Counted from the first letter of the stretch, positions 1-9,089 are shown. The stretch is DNA of 64,000 nt from Marinobacter sp. (GCF_048259445.1 NZ_JBLXHQ010000005.1:84933-148932); one strand, 5' to 3'. The notes: a model not told the origin generated them from the sequence alone. Translations and numbers: made by a program.

Positions 1-130
1 CAAAATCCTCTAAATTCGATAAGGAACCGAAACCTAGCGAGTCACCGGCGTGGATGAGTACATCGCCGTATGGGATATGATTGATTTCCTCATGTTTGCT
101 GTGTGTGTCAGATATACATACAATTCGCAT
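1..130 (-). CDS. Metallophosphoesterase (calcineurin-like) N-terminus; gene continues past window start
   Basis: Hand translation of the minus strand from the ATG at 128-130 gives MRIVCISDTHSKHEEINHIPYGDVLIHAGDS. This carries the D-x-H and G-D metal-ligand motifs of the family. It is absent from the ORF track because no stop lies in the window. Confidence 0.55.
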   Translation of the reverse strand, partial: MRIVCISDTHSKHEEINHIPYGDVLIHAGDSLGFGSLSNLEDF

Positions 131-173
131 AAGTCCCCTCAGTTCACCGGGATGCTGCCAGCCACGCCAGCAA

Positions 174-521
174 TCATTGGACTTGAAATCCTTGCGCTCT
201 CAGCGTCTTCCGACCCAAGAACTCATCGGGGCTATATCCGGTACGAAGATCAAGTAACGCCTCGGCTGGCAAGGTAACTGCCTGGCCTTCTTCTTGGCAC
301 AGGTACTCACTGTTTCTTGTTCGGTAAAGCCCTTCACCCATTCACTCAACAACGGGGCTGGTGCAGACAAAATCTCCGGCTACCCATCGACTTTTTCGGT
401 CTTCGACGACAATCCCCCAAAGCACTTGAGCAACGACATCGCCCTCCTGTTCCAAATCAACTAAATACCACTTCTCAATTATTGTATCGGTCATCATTAA
501 ATACTCTGGCTTTCTTAACAT
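174..521 (-). pseudogene. Small hypothetical gene interrupted by an in-frame TGA (59-aa ORF 342-521 directly followed by 55-aa ORF 174-341)
   Basis: Hand translation: MLRKPEYLMMTDTIIEKWYLVDLEQEGDVVAQVLWGIVVEDRKSRWVAGDFVCTSPVVE-TGA-MGEGLYRTRNSEYLCQEEGQAVTLPAEALLDLRTGYSPDEFLGRKTLRAQGFQVQ. Both halves are in the same frame and both fall below the 60-aa track cutoff. Confidence 0.3.
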
Positions 522-678
522 AGAGTTCTAAAAATAACCTATACTTCAAATTTAATTTTGTAAAGCATTGTTTTTGAAGGTTATTTCAACATTAATTATC
601 TATTTTTGGGGTTATTTTTAATCAAAATAAAAATCAAATGTTTAAGTTATTGAAAATCAAAAAATTGAAAGGTGATGA

Positions 679-1020
679 ATGACGAAGAATAAACACAAGT
701 GTATTTCTTTAGACACCTACCGACGCCGAAAAAAACTTGTGGCGTTGGCTGCGGAGTGGGAAAAGAGCCTTCCAGGACCATCAACGAGCTACCCTCACCT
801 GGTATTTTTGTATCCGGAGGAGCTTGCCACGCATAAAAGAGAACTACTGTTCAAGCGACTGGAAGCGGCTGCCAGAACGAACGGACAGACGCTCGTGATT
901 TCGGACTGTCATTACAGCCGTGCTGGATTCTATGTCGTGTATGAGGAAATTGGAGAAGCGAGACCAGGCGCTGTGGACATTGACGGGATTATCGACGACT
1001 GGAGTGAACGGGACCGATGA
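679..1020 (+). CDS. Hypothetical protein (113 aa)
   Basis: ORF preceded by GAAAGG about 8 nt upstream. No recognisable motif. Confidence 0.35.
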   Translation: MTKNKHKCISLDTYRRRKKLVALAAEWEKSLPGPSTSYPHLVFLYPEELATHKRELLFKRLEAAARTNGQTLVISDCHYSRAGFYVVYEEIGEARPGAVDIDGIIDDWSERDR

Positions 1021-1050
1021 TAAATGCGCACTTATGCACTCGAATTTACC

Positions 1051-1225
1051 GTAAGCGCCAATAAACCAGCACCTACACGCTAGCCCCGAGATTGCCCAAA
1101 CTGACTTCCTCACCAACAGCAGAGGAAATCAGTATGGCGCATACTCAGCGAGCACAAGGCTGGCATCAGCGTATCACGGACTGGCAGGCGTCCGGCCTTT
1201 CCGGCATGGCCTACTGCAAGCAACC
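1051..1225 (+). mobile_element. IS66-family end fragment (terminal repeat GTAAGCGCC plus first ~30 codons of orf1/tnpA)
   Basis: Starts with GTAAGCGCC. It aligns by eye to the reverse complement of 3247 downwards, including an identical block of about 46 nt (CAGCGTATCACGGACTGGCAGGCGTCCGGCCTTTCCGGCATGGCCT). It encodes MAHTQRAQGWHQRITDWQASGLSGMAYCK and then the similarity stops. Confidence 0.6.
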
Positions 1226-1379
1226 TCGGATTGCCGTTCAGGGCTAAAACAAATCCGGATCGTTTTCTCTGGCAGTTTTGTCACCAACTCCCTAAATCTC
1301 CGCCAAGCTTTGTTGTTACTGAGCAGAGTCTACAACTGCTATAGTTCAAAAATTGCCAACTACCCCCAAGGTTAAGAAA

Positions 1380-1811
1380 ATGACCAGATTGATTTCATTC
1401 ATGCTTTTGATGATGCCAACCGTCGCGTTTTCAGAAACTTACCTTTGCTTGTCTGAGAAAGGGGCTGTTGTAACGTACAACCATAAAGGAGCTGTTAGCA
1501 GCCAAGTCGCTAATGTTGCAAATCGAAAATATATCCTCACAAATGAAAGTGGCTCGTGGCAGGTGAAAGGAGTGCCTTCAGGAGAGGTTATATTCTATCT
1601 TTGCGACGAACATGGAATGCTCTGCAGGAAATCGGAAACTAGCCTAGATTATTTTAATCACTTAGGCTTTACCAACGGCGGCGATGTGTTCGTTGCTCAT
1701 CACTCTATTTTCACATCTGAAGGCAAGGGTAAAAATGCAGAAAATCTTACCATAGATGATGTTCGCATCATAAAATTGACAGAATCGGGGGCATGCACAA
1801 AGGTAAACTAG
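1380..1811 (+). CDS. Secreted Cys-containing hypothetical protein
   Basis: The internal ATG at 1380 gives MTRLISFMLLMMPTVAFSETY, a signal-peptide-like N-terminus. There are several Cys residues and no known motif. Confidence 0.45.
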   Translation: MTRLISFMLLMMPTVAFSETYLCLSEKGAVVTYNHKGAVSSQVANVANRKYILTNESGSWQVKGVPSGEVIFYLCDEHGMLCRKSETSLDYFNHLGFTNGGDVFVAHHSIFTSEGKGKNAENLTIDDVRIIKLTESGACTKVN

Positions 1812-1859
1812 TCCATACTTTCAGAGTATCGTAAGCGCCGTTAAATCGACATACTTGCG

Positions 1860-2543
1860 CTAATCGTTCTGAGCCACTTCTTTTGAACCCGGCAGTTCAG
1901 CGTTCCAGGGCAACAGCATTTCCAGTTTTTCAAGACTGTCCGCTTCGGCAATGTGTTTCAGCATATCGTAGATGTAAGCGGAGGGCTCCAGATTGTTCGC
2001 CTTGGCCGTTTCGATCAGCGAGTAACAGGTGGCACTGGCGTTTGCGCCTTGTGACGTATCGGCGAACAGCCAAGCCTTGCGTCCCACTGCGAAGGGCCGG
2101 ATGGCGTTTTCGGCCAGTACATTACTGATGTGCAGGTCATCGCGTTCGCAATAGCCCATCAGGGTGTCCCATTGGTTGAGGGTATAAACCATGGCCTTGT
2201 GAGTCAGCATACCCTTCACCACTTTGCTGACGTTTTTCTCCAGCCAGGTCTTGAAGGAGACCAGCAACGGCAGGCTCCGCACCCGATAGCGCTCGACATC
2301 GCTCAGATCTCGGGTAACCTTCTCGATGGCATACAGCTTCCGGATGTGGCTCAGAGCTACATCGGCTTTTGACGGCGAACCTTTCCTGCTCTTGGCCGGT
2401 GCGGCCCGAGCCGCTTCCACGAACTTGCGGCGAGCGTGATCCCAACAGCCAATCCGCGTCAGTTTGTTCTCGCGGCACACTTTCCCGTAACCAGAGTAGC
2501 CATCAGCTTGCAGGATACCCTGGAAGTCATCCAGCAGACGCAT
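1860..2543 (-). pseudogene. IS66 transposase TnpC, C-terminal portion only
   Basis: LLDDFQGILQADGYSGYGKV...IGCWDHARRKFVEA...NAIRPFAVGRKAWLF is typical of the IS66 TnpC C-terminal half. The N-terminal half is missing. Confidence 0.7.
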
Positions 2544-2853
2544 GGGTACCTTGCCACCGCGAGCCAGTTGATCTGCTCTCCAGTCAGCGACATCAGCTCA
2601 TCGGACGGACCTGGCCACTTGAACTTTTCCTCGGCCAAGGCTTTGTAATAGAGCACGAAACCGTTGTCTTCCCACATCAGGCACTTGACCTTGTTCCGCT
2701 GCCGGTTGGTGAAGGCGTAGAGGGCACCGGAGAACAGACTGTGTCCCAACTCCCGCTCAACAATCAGGGCCAAGCCGTTGGCCTGCTTGCGGAAATCAGA
2801 TACAGGTAGATCTCCGGCAGATCCCAGGACGGACGCAAGTATCGGTGTCGCAT
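2459..2853 (-). pseudogene. IS66 Orf2/TnpB, frameshifted and fused to the tnpC remnant
   Basis: MRHRYLRPSWDLPEIYLY lies in one frame and DFRKQANGLALIVERELGH...NRQRNKVKCLMWEDNGFVLYYK in another. The reading frame then runs into tnpC sequence. ATGA overlap with orf1 at 2851-2855. Confidence 0.6.
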
Positions 2854-3164
2854 CACAGTTGCCTCAGCACCGCGCCCAGCAATTCAATGTTGCCCGCACG
2901 CAAGCCGGTAATCGACACACCACCGGGCAGAGACACCCTTAGCCCATCGGATGTTCCTGAGTCGGGAGCCGCCGTCACGCTGGCAAATCCGGACGATGCA
3001 ACCTCGTTTAATTCAGGTACGCCGAGCGTCAGTTTCATTCGCCAATACACAAACTGGCAATAGGTCAGCGATTGTTTCTTGCAGGAGGCCATGCCGGAAA
3101 GGCCGGACGCCTGCCAGTCCGTGATACGCTGCTGCCAGATCTGTTCTCGTTGAGTGTGTACCAT
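2853..3164 (-). CDS. IS66 Orf1/TnpA-like protein
   Basis: MVHTQREQIWQQRITDWQASGLSG, starting from the internal ATG at 3162-3164. A paralogous fragment lies at 1134-1225. Confidence 0.6.
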   Translation of the reverse strand: MVHTQREQIWQQRITDWQASGLSGMASCKKQSLTYCQFVYWRMKLTLGVPELNEVASSGFASVTAAPDSGTSDGLRVSLPGGVSITGLRAGNIELLGAVLRQL

Positions 3165-3250
3165 GCTGATTTCCTCTACTATTGGCGAGGAAATCAGTGT
3201 CGGCAATCTTGGTGCTGGGGTGTAGCTGCTGGTTCATTGGCGCTTACAAT

Positions 3251-3877
3251 TTACCCAAAGACCAAGTCAGTTGGCTCTGAACCAAAACCGCGCTGCGAAT
3301 AGGAGATGTCGAGAGAACCCTCCACACCCAACTCGACTCGCAAACCACCCAGGTAATCCGGCCAGTCAGAAAGCTCCAACGGAAACTTCTGCAATCTGCT
3401 GGCAAGTGTGGCAACGATCGTGTCGTGCGTGACCCACAGGTGTATGCCGTCCTCAGACCGCGTTAGCCTCTCTTTGATGCTTCGCCCCATCTGCCCGACG
3501 GCCTGATCAAGGTCTTTAAAACCAGGCCAAGTTGAGGTGCCCGACAGTAGATGTTGGTTAACCGCGTCAACGCCTTGTTCAAGCCAATTCGTCCACGCCA
3601 ACTCGGCATCTTCGATAAAAAAACCTGGGTCGCCAAGTAAAGTGGACCGGCCTACCGAGTCGAGTGGAAAACCGTGGTGCCTGGCAACAATATCGGCTGT
3701 TTGGATGCAGCGTAGAATCGGACTGCTCTCAATAGACAGAACTTTCTGGCTCAGGGATTGGGCAAACCGAGTCGTTTGGTCAATACCGTTCTGTGTCAGT
3801 GCTAATTCGTCACCCACTGTTCCGTCTTCAATAGCAGGCCGTTCGGCGTGCCTTAGGATGAGAAGGGTTTTAGTCAT
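3251..3877 (-). CDS. Histidine phosphatase family protein (phosphoglycerate-mutase-like fold)
   Basis: LILRHAERP (RH catalytic motif) near the N-terminus and a later WVTHDT histidine. ATGA overlap with the upstream gene. Confidence 0.7.
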   Translation of the reverse strand: MTKTLLILRHAERPAIEDGTVGDELALTQNGIDQTTRFAQSLSQKVLSIESSPILRCIQTADIVARHHGFPLDSVGRSTLLGDPGFFIEDAELAWTNWLEQGVDAVNQHLLSGTSTWPGFKDLDQAVGQMGRSIKERLTRSEDGIHLWVTHDTIVATLASRLQKFPLELSDWPDYLGGLRVELGVEGSLDISYSQRGFGSEPTDLVFG

Positions 3878-5535
3878 GATATGACCCTACAGCGCAATAC
3901 GGACACTAGACTTGTCCCGGTGATTATCTCGGTGATTTCGAATCCTGCGCTAGTGAGAAGTGATGAGTAATGACCCTCGGACCTTTCTTGGCCTCCCGTA
4001 ACAGCCAGGAGATGCAGATCGCACAGCCCTCCGCCATATCCCGACTTTGGCAAAAGCATTTCGAAAACCAGTAACTCGCCTCCAGGGTTAAGTGCGGCTT
4101 GAGCGTTCCGAAGAATGGACACTACCTGTTCATCGTTCCAATCGTGGAGCACCCTGGCGAGCATTAGTTTATCAGCGCAGATTGGCCAGGCATTGAATAG
4201 GTCAAACGGTAGGTATTGAACGCCTTCATACAAATGCTGCTGAACAATTTCGGCTTTGTCTCCGCAATAAACATCAGCATCCGGGTGACATTTCTTTATC
4301 AGGGAGCTTAAGGTGCCGGTACCTCCAGCCGCATCGAAAACCACTTCACCGGCGCTGAACGTCAGCTCCGGAACGAGAGACTCATAATCGTGCATTGCGT
4401 AGCTCGCCAGCATCTGATGATGGCCGTGAATGCGAGCTTCGTCGTTGCTGATGTGGTCAAAAATATCCTGGTCAACCACCGCCCCTCTCAAAATCGCTGG
4501 TAGTTTTCCCCAACGTCGTAACAAATCACTTCCATATTCTTCAGGAGCTGAGACAAGGGTTTTCGGATGGTCGGATCGTAAATACTCGCCCTTTTCGGTC
4601 AGCACGTATTTATCCCGCACCAACCGAATAACACCTAGCTCCCCCAGGGCCCTGAGAAACCGCAGTAATCTATCGGGATGCATAGAAGTTGAGTCAGCAA
4701 GTTGCTGGTGATCGGCTGGCAGAAGATCAAATAACCTTAACTCTGTAGCCGCTTTTAAGCTCATCGTTCGCCAATAGCCCACCATATCGGCAGACAGCTC
4801 AGCAAAGTGATCAGCTGTTGGAGAGCGCAGGGTACGCAGTGTTGTTCCTTGCTCGTCAATAATGAGCAGCGCACCGTCCCAAGTCTCGACTCGAGCGCAA
4901 CCGTTATAAAACGGCTCGACATTCGCGTACCTCGCTTCGTATAGCGAGCACCCCGCCTTGGTTATGTGATACCACCCTTCCTCGTTGCGTGCCCTGGCAT
5001 AGCCTTTGTGAAACACATCAAGATCAATGAACCACTGCCCATGGATAAGCTGACCTGTGAAGGCGATGTGGGAACTCAGACCGTTTCGATGTTGGACGAC
5101 GGCGGAGCCCTCGCGAAAGTCTCCAGCATAAGACCATTTCGATGGATAAAGAGGCTCTCCCGCGAGATCTATATGGTAATAAGAACCTTCATGATCACAA
5201 ACCACGCAGACATCGCACTGGAAATTACCGACAAACGCATATCGGCTTTCGTACAGTGGGTTTCCATCTTGGTCGATGTGAAACCATGCACCCTCCGAAT
5301 TGACCGCTGCCGCTCCACAATAAAAGCCGAAAGCACGGTCATACCGCGCTGCGTATGCGTCCGTTCCGTCCGTGTGAACGTGCCACGAAGCCTTGTTTGC
5401 GTGCACCGGGGCCAACCCTGGCGAATGAAAAGGCAGCACTTGTTCATAACGGTGTCGGTAAATCGCCCTTCCCTGCGAATCAACATGGTGTGTCCCACAG
5501 GGGCTAACTTTGGGATAGTCCGCTGAGGCGCTCAC
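3874..5535 (-). CDS. WG-repeat domain fused to a class I SAM-dependent O-methyltransferase
   Basis: N-terminal half has repeated W(F/Y)HID..G.P.Y units (WFHIDQDGNPLY, YYHIDLAGEPLY, WYHITKAGCSLY). C-terminal half has a winged-helix dimerisation-like segment, then VFDAAGGTGTL (SAM motif I) and LARVLHDWND. The track ORF extends to a GTG at 5565, but the GTG at 5533-5535 gives a GTGA overlap with the upstream stop. Confidence 0.7.
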   Translation of the reverse strand: MSASADYPKVSPCGTHHVDSQGRAIYRHRYEQVLPFHSPGLAPVHANKASWHVHTDGTDAYAARYDRAFGFYCGAAAVNSEGAWFHIDQDGNPLYESRYAFVGNFQCDVCVVCDHEGSYYHIDLAGEPLYPSKWSYAGDFREGSAVVQHRNGLSSHIAFTGQLIHGQWFIDLDVFHKGYARARNEEGWYHITKAGCSLYEARYANVEPFYNGCARVETWDGALLIIDEQGTTLRTLRSPTADHFAELSADMVGYWRTMSLKAATELRLFDLLPADHQQLADSTSMHPDRLLRFLRALGELGVIRLVRDKYVLTEKGEYLRSDHPKTLVSAPEEYGSDLLRRWGKLPAILRGAVVDQDIFDHISNDEARIHGHHQMLASYAMHDYESLVPELTFSAGEVVFDAAGGTGTLSSLIKKCHPDADVYCGDKAEIVQQHLYEGVQYLPFDLFNAWPICADKLMLARVLHDWNDEQVVSILRNAQAALNPGGELLVFEMLLPKSGYGGGLCDLHLLAVTGGQERSEGHYSSLLTSAGFEITEIITGTSLVSVLRCRVIS

Positions 5536-6566
5536 GATGGGCGTCTCATGTTGCAGCTCTTGCACAAATCCAGGCTACGGTAGTTCCTGACAAGGTGCAC
5601 GTAATGATCGCCGTTGATCACTTCTTCAACTGACGTATCCACCAGGTTCCCAAAATCACCAAGAGACTTGCGCTGTTGGTCCGGGGCGCAGCAGACATTA
5701 AAACGCCCAGTCGGATCGACCCAGATCTCCTTGTTCAAAAATGGGCACTCTCCATCCGGCGCTATGTCATCAAGATTCGCCAGATCGAGTTTGAAAAAGT
5801 TGTCCAATCGGGGTGCGTGGCCACCTAATGTTTCCTGCTCTGCGACAAATGCCTGGCACTCGTCTACGACCCGGTTCCATTGAGTGGCGTAAACGATATC
5901 ATTCCGCAGGCTTTGGGCTTCCAATTCAGGAAAGTGAGCCCAGAGCTGATGACCTTTGACACGGTCAAAGCCCATGGAGGCTGCCAAACGAACCATATCT
6001 GGAATTTCATGCAGATTCTGGCGCATGAAGGTGAGCTGCATTGTCACGGAGCAGTAGTTGCTATTGGCCAGTTCATCCCTGACGGCAATGAATCGCTCGG
6101 CTTTTTCAATGTGTTCTTCCAGGTCTGCGCCAAGCATGATGTCTCGGTGGGTTTCTGAGGTCGCTCCGTTCCAGCTGATTTTCACATCACTGCCGACGGG
6201 CACGATGCGCCTCGCCCAATGCTCAACACTCTGATGTTTTTGGGGCCCTGGAAAGGTTCCGTTTGTCGTCAGATTGAGTTTCAGGCCCAGCTCATTGCAC
6301 AGCTCCAGGAACAACTCGAAATGTGGGTATAGCAGCGGCTCTCCCATCGTCGAGGGAATAATCTCGCAGAAACCAAGTCCGGCTACTTCCCTGACCACTT
6401 TTTCCAACAGTCCCTTATCCATAATGGGACGCAACCTGCCTTGGGCACTACGCGTTGTCCGGTCGTCACCGTACGGAGAATGGTCTTCGCACATGACGCA
6501 TTTAAGGTTGCAAAAATCCGGATTGGTATCGAGCGTCGCTCGCCAAAATGCTGGTTCTAAACTCAA
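5532..6566 (-). CDS. Radical SAM protein with C-terminal SPASM/twitch-like cysteine cluster
   Basis: CNLKCVMC (CX3CX2C) at about residue 19. C-terminal segment is CPFL...NVCCAPD...CKSCN. TTG start overlaps the upstream stop (TTGA). Confidence 0.75.
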   Translation of the reverse strand: MSLEPAFWRATLDTNPDFCNLKCVMCEDHSPYGDDRTTRSAQGRLRPIMDKGLLEKVVREVAGLGFCEIIPSTMGEPLLYPHFELFLELCNELGLKLNLTTNGTFPGPQKHQSVEHWARRIVPVGSDVKISWNGATSETHRDIMLGADLEEHIEKAERFIAVRDELANSNYCSVTMQLTFMRQNLHEIPDMVRLAASMGFDRVKGHQLWAHFPELEAQSLRNDIVYATQWNRVVDECQAFVAEQETLGGHAPRLDNFFKLDLANLDDIAPDGECPFLNKEIWVDPTGRFNVCCAPDQQRKSLGDFGNLVDTSVEEVINGDHYVHLVRNYRSLDLCKSCNMRRPS

Positions 6567-7858
6567 TTCATAACTCGCTTGTATTGCTGTTCCAAGTCAA
6601 TGACGTGCTTTTGTATGCAGGGAATATCTCCATCATCGCTGAATAAATAGCCCCGCTCCCCAAGGCTCCGGGCCCACGCAGGGTTCTTTACGAGACGCTG
6701 CATCTGGTGGGATAGATCTGCAACCTCTCGATGCTTATAGAGAAGTCCATTAACCTCGTGGTGGACATATTCGCCCATGCCACCGGCGTCAGCCGTGATC
6801 ACCGGAACCCTGGCTTGCTGAGCCTCATGGATCACCAGCGGCGAGTTCTCAACCCAGATAGACGGTGTAACGATTGCGTCGGTTCTATCGAAGACATCTT
6901 TCGTAATTTGCTGATTCTTGTATTCCGGCATCCAATGAATCCGGGCCTGCTTTTCAGCAGGGAGCGTGTCGGCAATTGCCCTCAATGCCCTACTATCCTG
7001 GCCTCTGTCTCGTCCCCAAATTCGCAGCTGGCAGTCTCCTTCCACCCCGCCGAACGCTTGAATCAACTGATGGATGCCTTTCGCCGGTATATGCGTGCCG
7101 ATGTAGCCAAATGTGAAAGGCTCATCTGCCGTCCGCTGGCGATCAACCATTCTGCCTCGATCGAAACCGTAGTCGAGATATATGCTCTTTGATTTTGGCA
7201 GCCCAAAATCTTCTTCATATCTCGTTTTTAGGTATCGGGACGGAGAAATGAAGAGATCCACCTGATCGACGACATCACGGACATGCGCCATGCGTCGCCC
7301 AACCCAATTCTCCCAATAGGCAATGTCCCGCTCGAACTCATCCTCTGCCCCCGAAAAATATCGTGCGTAACATTGCGTCGCACATTTTCTGTTCTCCTGA
7401 CCATCACAAGCAGCCCAAAGATTGTCGTCTTCCGAATGCATTTGCATAAACTGGCCGCGAGGACACATCAACCAATAATCATGCAGGGTATAGACGACCG
7501 GAACGTCGCGGCGCTTCGCTTCAAACACCAGCGACGTTGATAAGTGGTTCAAATGCCCGATGTGGACGACATCCGGCTGAAGCTCATCAAGCAGTTCAGT
7601 GAAACGTTGGTCAATTACCGACAGTCTGTATCGATCACGGTGGCGTGGATTGTTCACCAGATGGATCTTAATAGCCGGTCTATCCTGGTCTAAGTCCTGC
7701 CGGATCGCCCCGTCAGGCTTGAAGGAATCTTCCTCTCTGGTAAAGACATGAACCTCGTGACCTCGATCAGCAAGCGCATGGCAAATCGTCTGTGAGTAAA
7801 CTTCAGAGCCCGCGTTGTAGAGCATCGGATAGCCATGGATTACTTTGAGAATCTTCAT
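6563..7858 (-). CDS. Glycosyltransferase, GT4-like (GT-B fold)
   Basis: N-terminal YNAGSEVYSQTICHALADRGHEVHVFT and C-terminal PSIWVENSPLVIHEAQQARVPVITADAGGMGEYV...NGLLY (E-x7-E-type region). Confidence 0.75.
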   Translation of the reverse strand: MKILKVIHGYPMLYNAGSEVYSQTICHALADRGHEVHVFTREEDSFKPDGAIRQDLDQDRPAIKIHLVNNPRHRDRYRLSVIDQRFTELLDELQPDVVHIGHLNHLSTSLVFEAKRRDVPVVYTLHDYWLMCPRGQFMQMHSEDDNLWAACDGQENRKCATQCYARYFSGAEDEFERDIAYWENWVGRRMAHVRDVVDQVDLFISPSRYLKTRYEEDFGLPKSKSIYLDYGFDRGRMVDRQRTADEPFTFGYIGTHIPAKGIHQLIQAFGGVEGDCQLRIWGRDRGQDSRALRAIADTLPAEKQARIHWMPEYKNQQITKDVFDRTDAIVTPSIWVENSPLVIHEAQQARVPVITADAGGMGEYVHHEVNGLLYKHREVADLSHQMQRLVKNPAWARSLGERGYLFSDDGDIPCIQKHVIDLEQQYKRVMN

Positions 7859-8757
7859 ACAGTCTCAATCAATGAAGTGTTGGTTTTGAATGCTCTTACC
7901 AAGGCGCAGATTCCTTCAGTCGGGGTGATTGTGGCCTCCCAACCCAGCAATCTTTTAGCGCGCTCAGGGTTGCCTATGAAACGAGCCACATCATAAGTAC
8001 GCGATGGTCCGGCATAAATGGTCGAATCTGAACTGGCAGCATCAACCGCTATTTTGGCTGCTTCCAACAAAGTCGTCCCCATTCCTGGTAGCAAATGGAT
8101 CGGAGGCAAATAGCGCTCATTAGCTTCGAGCACCGCTACAATCCGGGCAATTCCCCTAACTGTGTCGTCGACATGAGTGAAATCGAAAAGGTGGTTAAAG
8201 CCGTCCACCCTTAGTGGTCGGCCCTCGGCAGCATTTCGACAAAAAGCAGGTAAAACGCGGTCTTCGTGATCCTCAATGCAACCGTACACATTAGCTAGGC
8301 GCACGATGGCTGTGTTCAAGCCTGTATCCCGAGCTTCAAAAGCGTATTGCTCCATTTTAGCTTTGGCTCGTCCATAGATATTGACAGGGCAAACAGGAGC
8401 TTCCTCAGACACTGGAAGCAATTCGGGCTCCCCGTAGACCTCTCGACTACTGGCAAATAGCACCCAGGGCTTCCTTGTGAGCTTCGAGGCCTGCTCAAGA
8501 ATCGCAAGACTAGCTACGGCATTTGTTTCCCAGCAAAGAGACGGATTCTGCTCGCCCCATACAACTCTGGACACTGCGGCAAGGTGAACCACCCCAATAA
8601 CGTCTGAGATAGCGGGACAAATATCCTCTGACCGAGTGATGTCGCCACTGTTGTCCGATATATCCAGCCCAATAACCTCGTAACCCAAATTTATAAGTAA
8701 TGGAACGAGATGTCGCCCGATAAGACCACGGTGACCAGTCACTAGAATTTTTTTCAT
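7855..8757 (-). CDS. NAD-dependent epimerase/dehydratase (extended SDR)
   Basis: KILVTGHRGLIGRHL (TGxxGxxG) and YGRAK (YxxxK). Confidence 0.8.
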   Translation of the reverse strand: MKKILVTGHRGLIGRHLVPLLINLGYEVIGLDISDNSGDITRSEDICPAISDVIGVVHLAAVSRVVWGEQNPSLCWETNAVASLAILEQASKLTRKPWVLFASSREVYGEPELLPVSEEAPVCPVNIYGRAKAKMEQYAFEARDTGLNTAIVRLANVYGCIEDHEDRVLPAFCRNAAEGRPLRVDGFNHLFDFTHVDDTVRGIARIVAVLEANERYLPPIHLLPGMGTTLLEAAKIAVDAASSDSTIYAGPSRTYDVARFIGNPERAKRLLGWEATITPTEGICALVRAFKTNTSLIETV

Positions 8758-9089
8758 TGATGTACAGCCTTACCTTGCAGTTGCGCAGGATCAGGAATCT
8801 CGGAATGAAGAACTATCAAATTGACGTGCAATTATTCCGTGGCGTTTGGAAAATCGAAGTTTCACCGTGATGGAATGCGGATAAAGCTGAGACTGTTTTT
8901 TGCTTCATTGACGATATCTTGCTGTCCTTGAGCCTTCCAACAGAACACTGGATTAAGTCGCGTCCCGCCTACTGAAAAAAACTAATGGAGTAATGTACTG
9001 AATTACATAGATTTCGTCTATTGTGAATAGGCCGAGCAGCACTCCGACATGCGGCCATTTCGCTCAAATGGATTTTGCTTTTTTCATTC

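Larger units (their letters stand above)
1831..3247 (-). mobile_element. Internally deleted IS66-family insertion sequence
   Basis: GTAAGCGCC at 1831-1839 and its complement GGCGCTTAC at 3239-3247 bracket orf1, orf2 and a truncated tnpC. At about 1.4 kb it is far shorter than an intact three-ORF IS66 element. Confidence 0.75.

Noticed and set aside
342-344. In-frame TGA as a selenocysteine codon
   Set aside because: I noticed no SECIS-like hairpin immediately downstream, and the surrounding sequence has no redox motif. A nonsense mutation, sequencing error, or two genuinely separate small ORFs are simpler explanations.
5536-5565. Upstream GTG start (5565) for the WG-repeat methyltransferase
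   Set aside because: It would overlap the rSAM gene by 34 nt. The in-frame GTG at 5533-5535 gives the same 4-nt coupling seen at every other junction of the operon. Either start remains possible.
8816-9058. Small ORFs as RiPP precursor peptides for the rSAM/SPASM enzyme
   Set aside because: Their ribosome-binding sites are weak. The rSAM protein also starts its CX3CX2C motif at about residue 19, leaving no room for an N-terminal peptide-recognition domain. I reported them as an observation, not as a claim.
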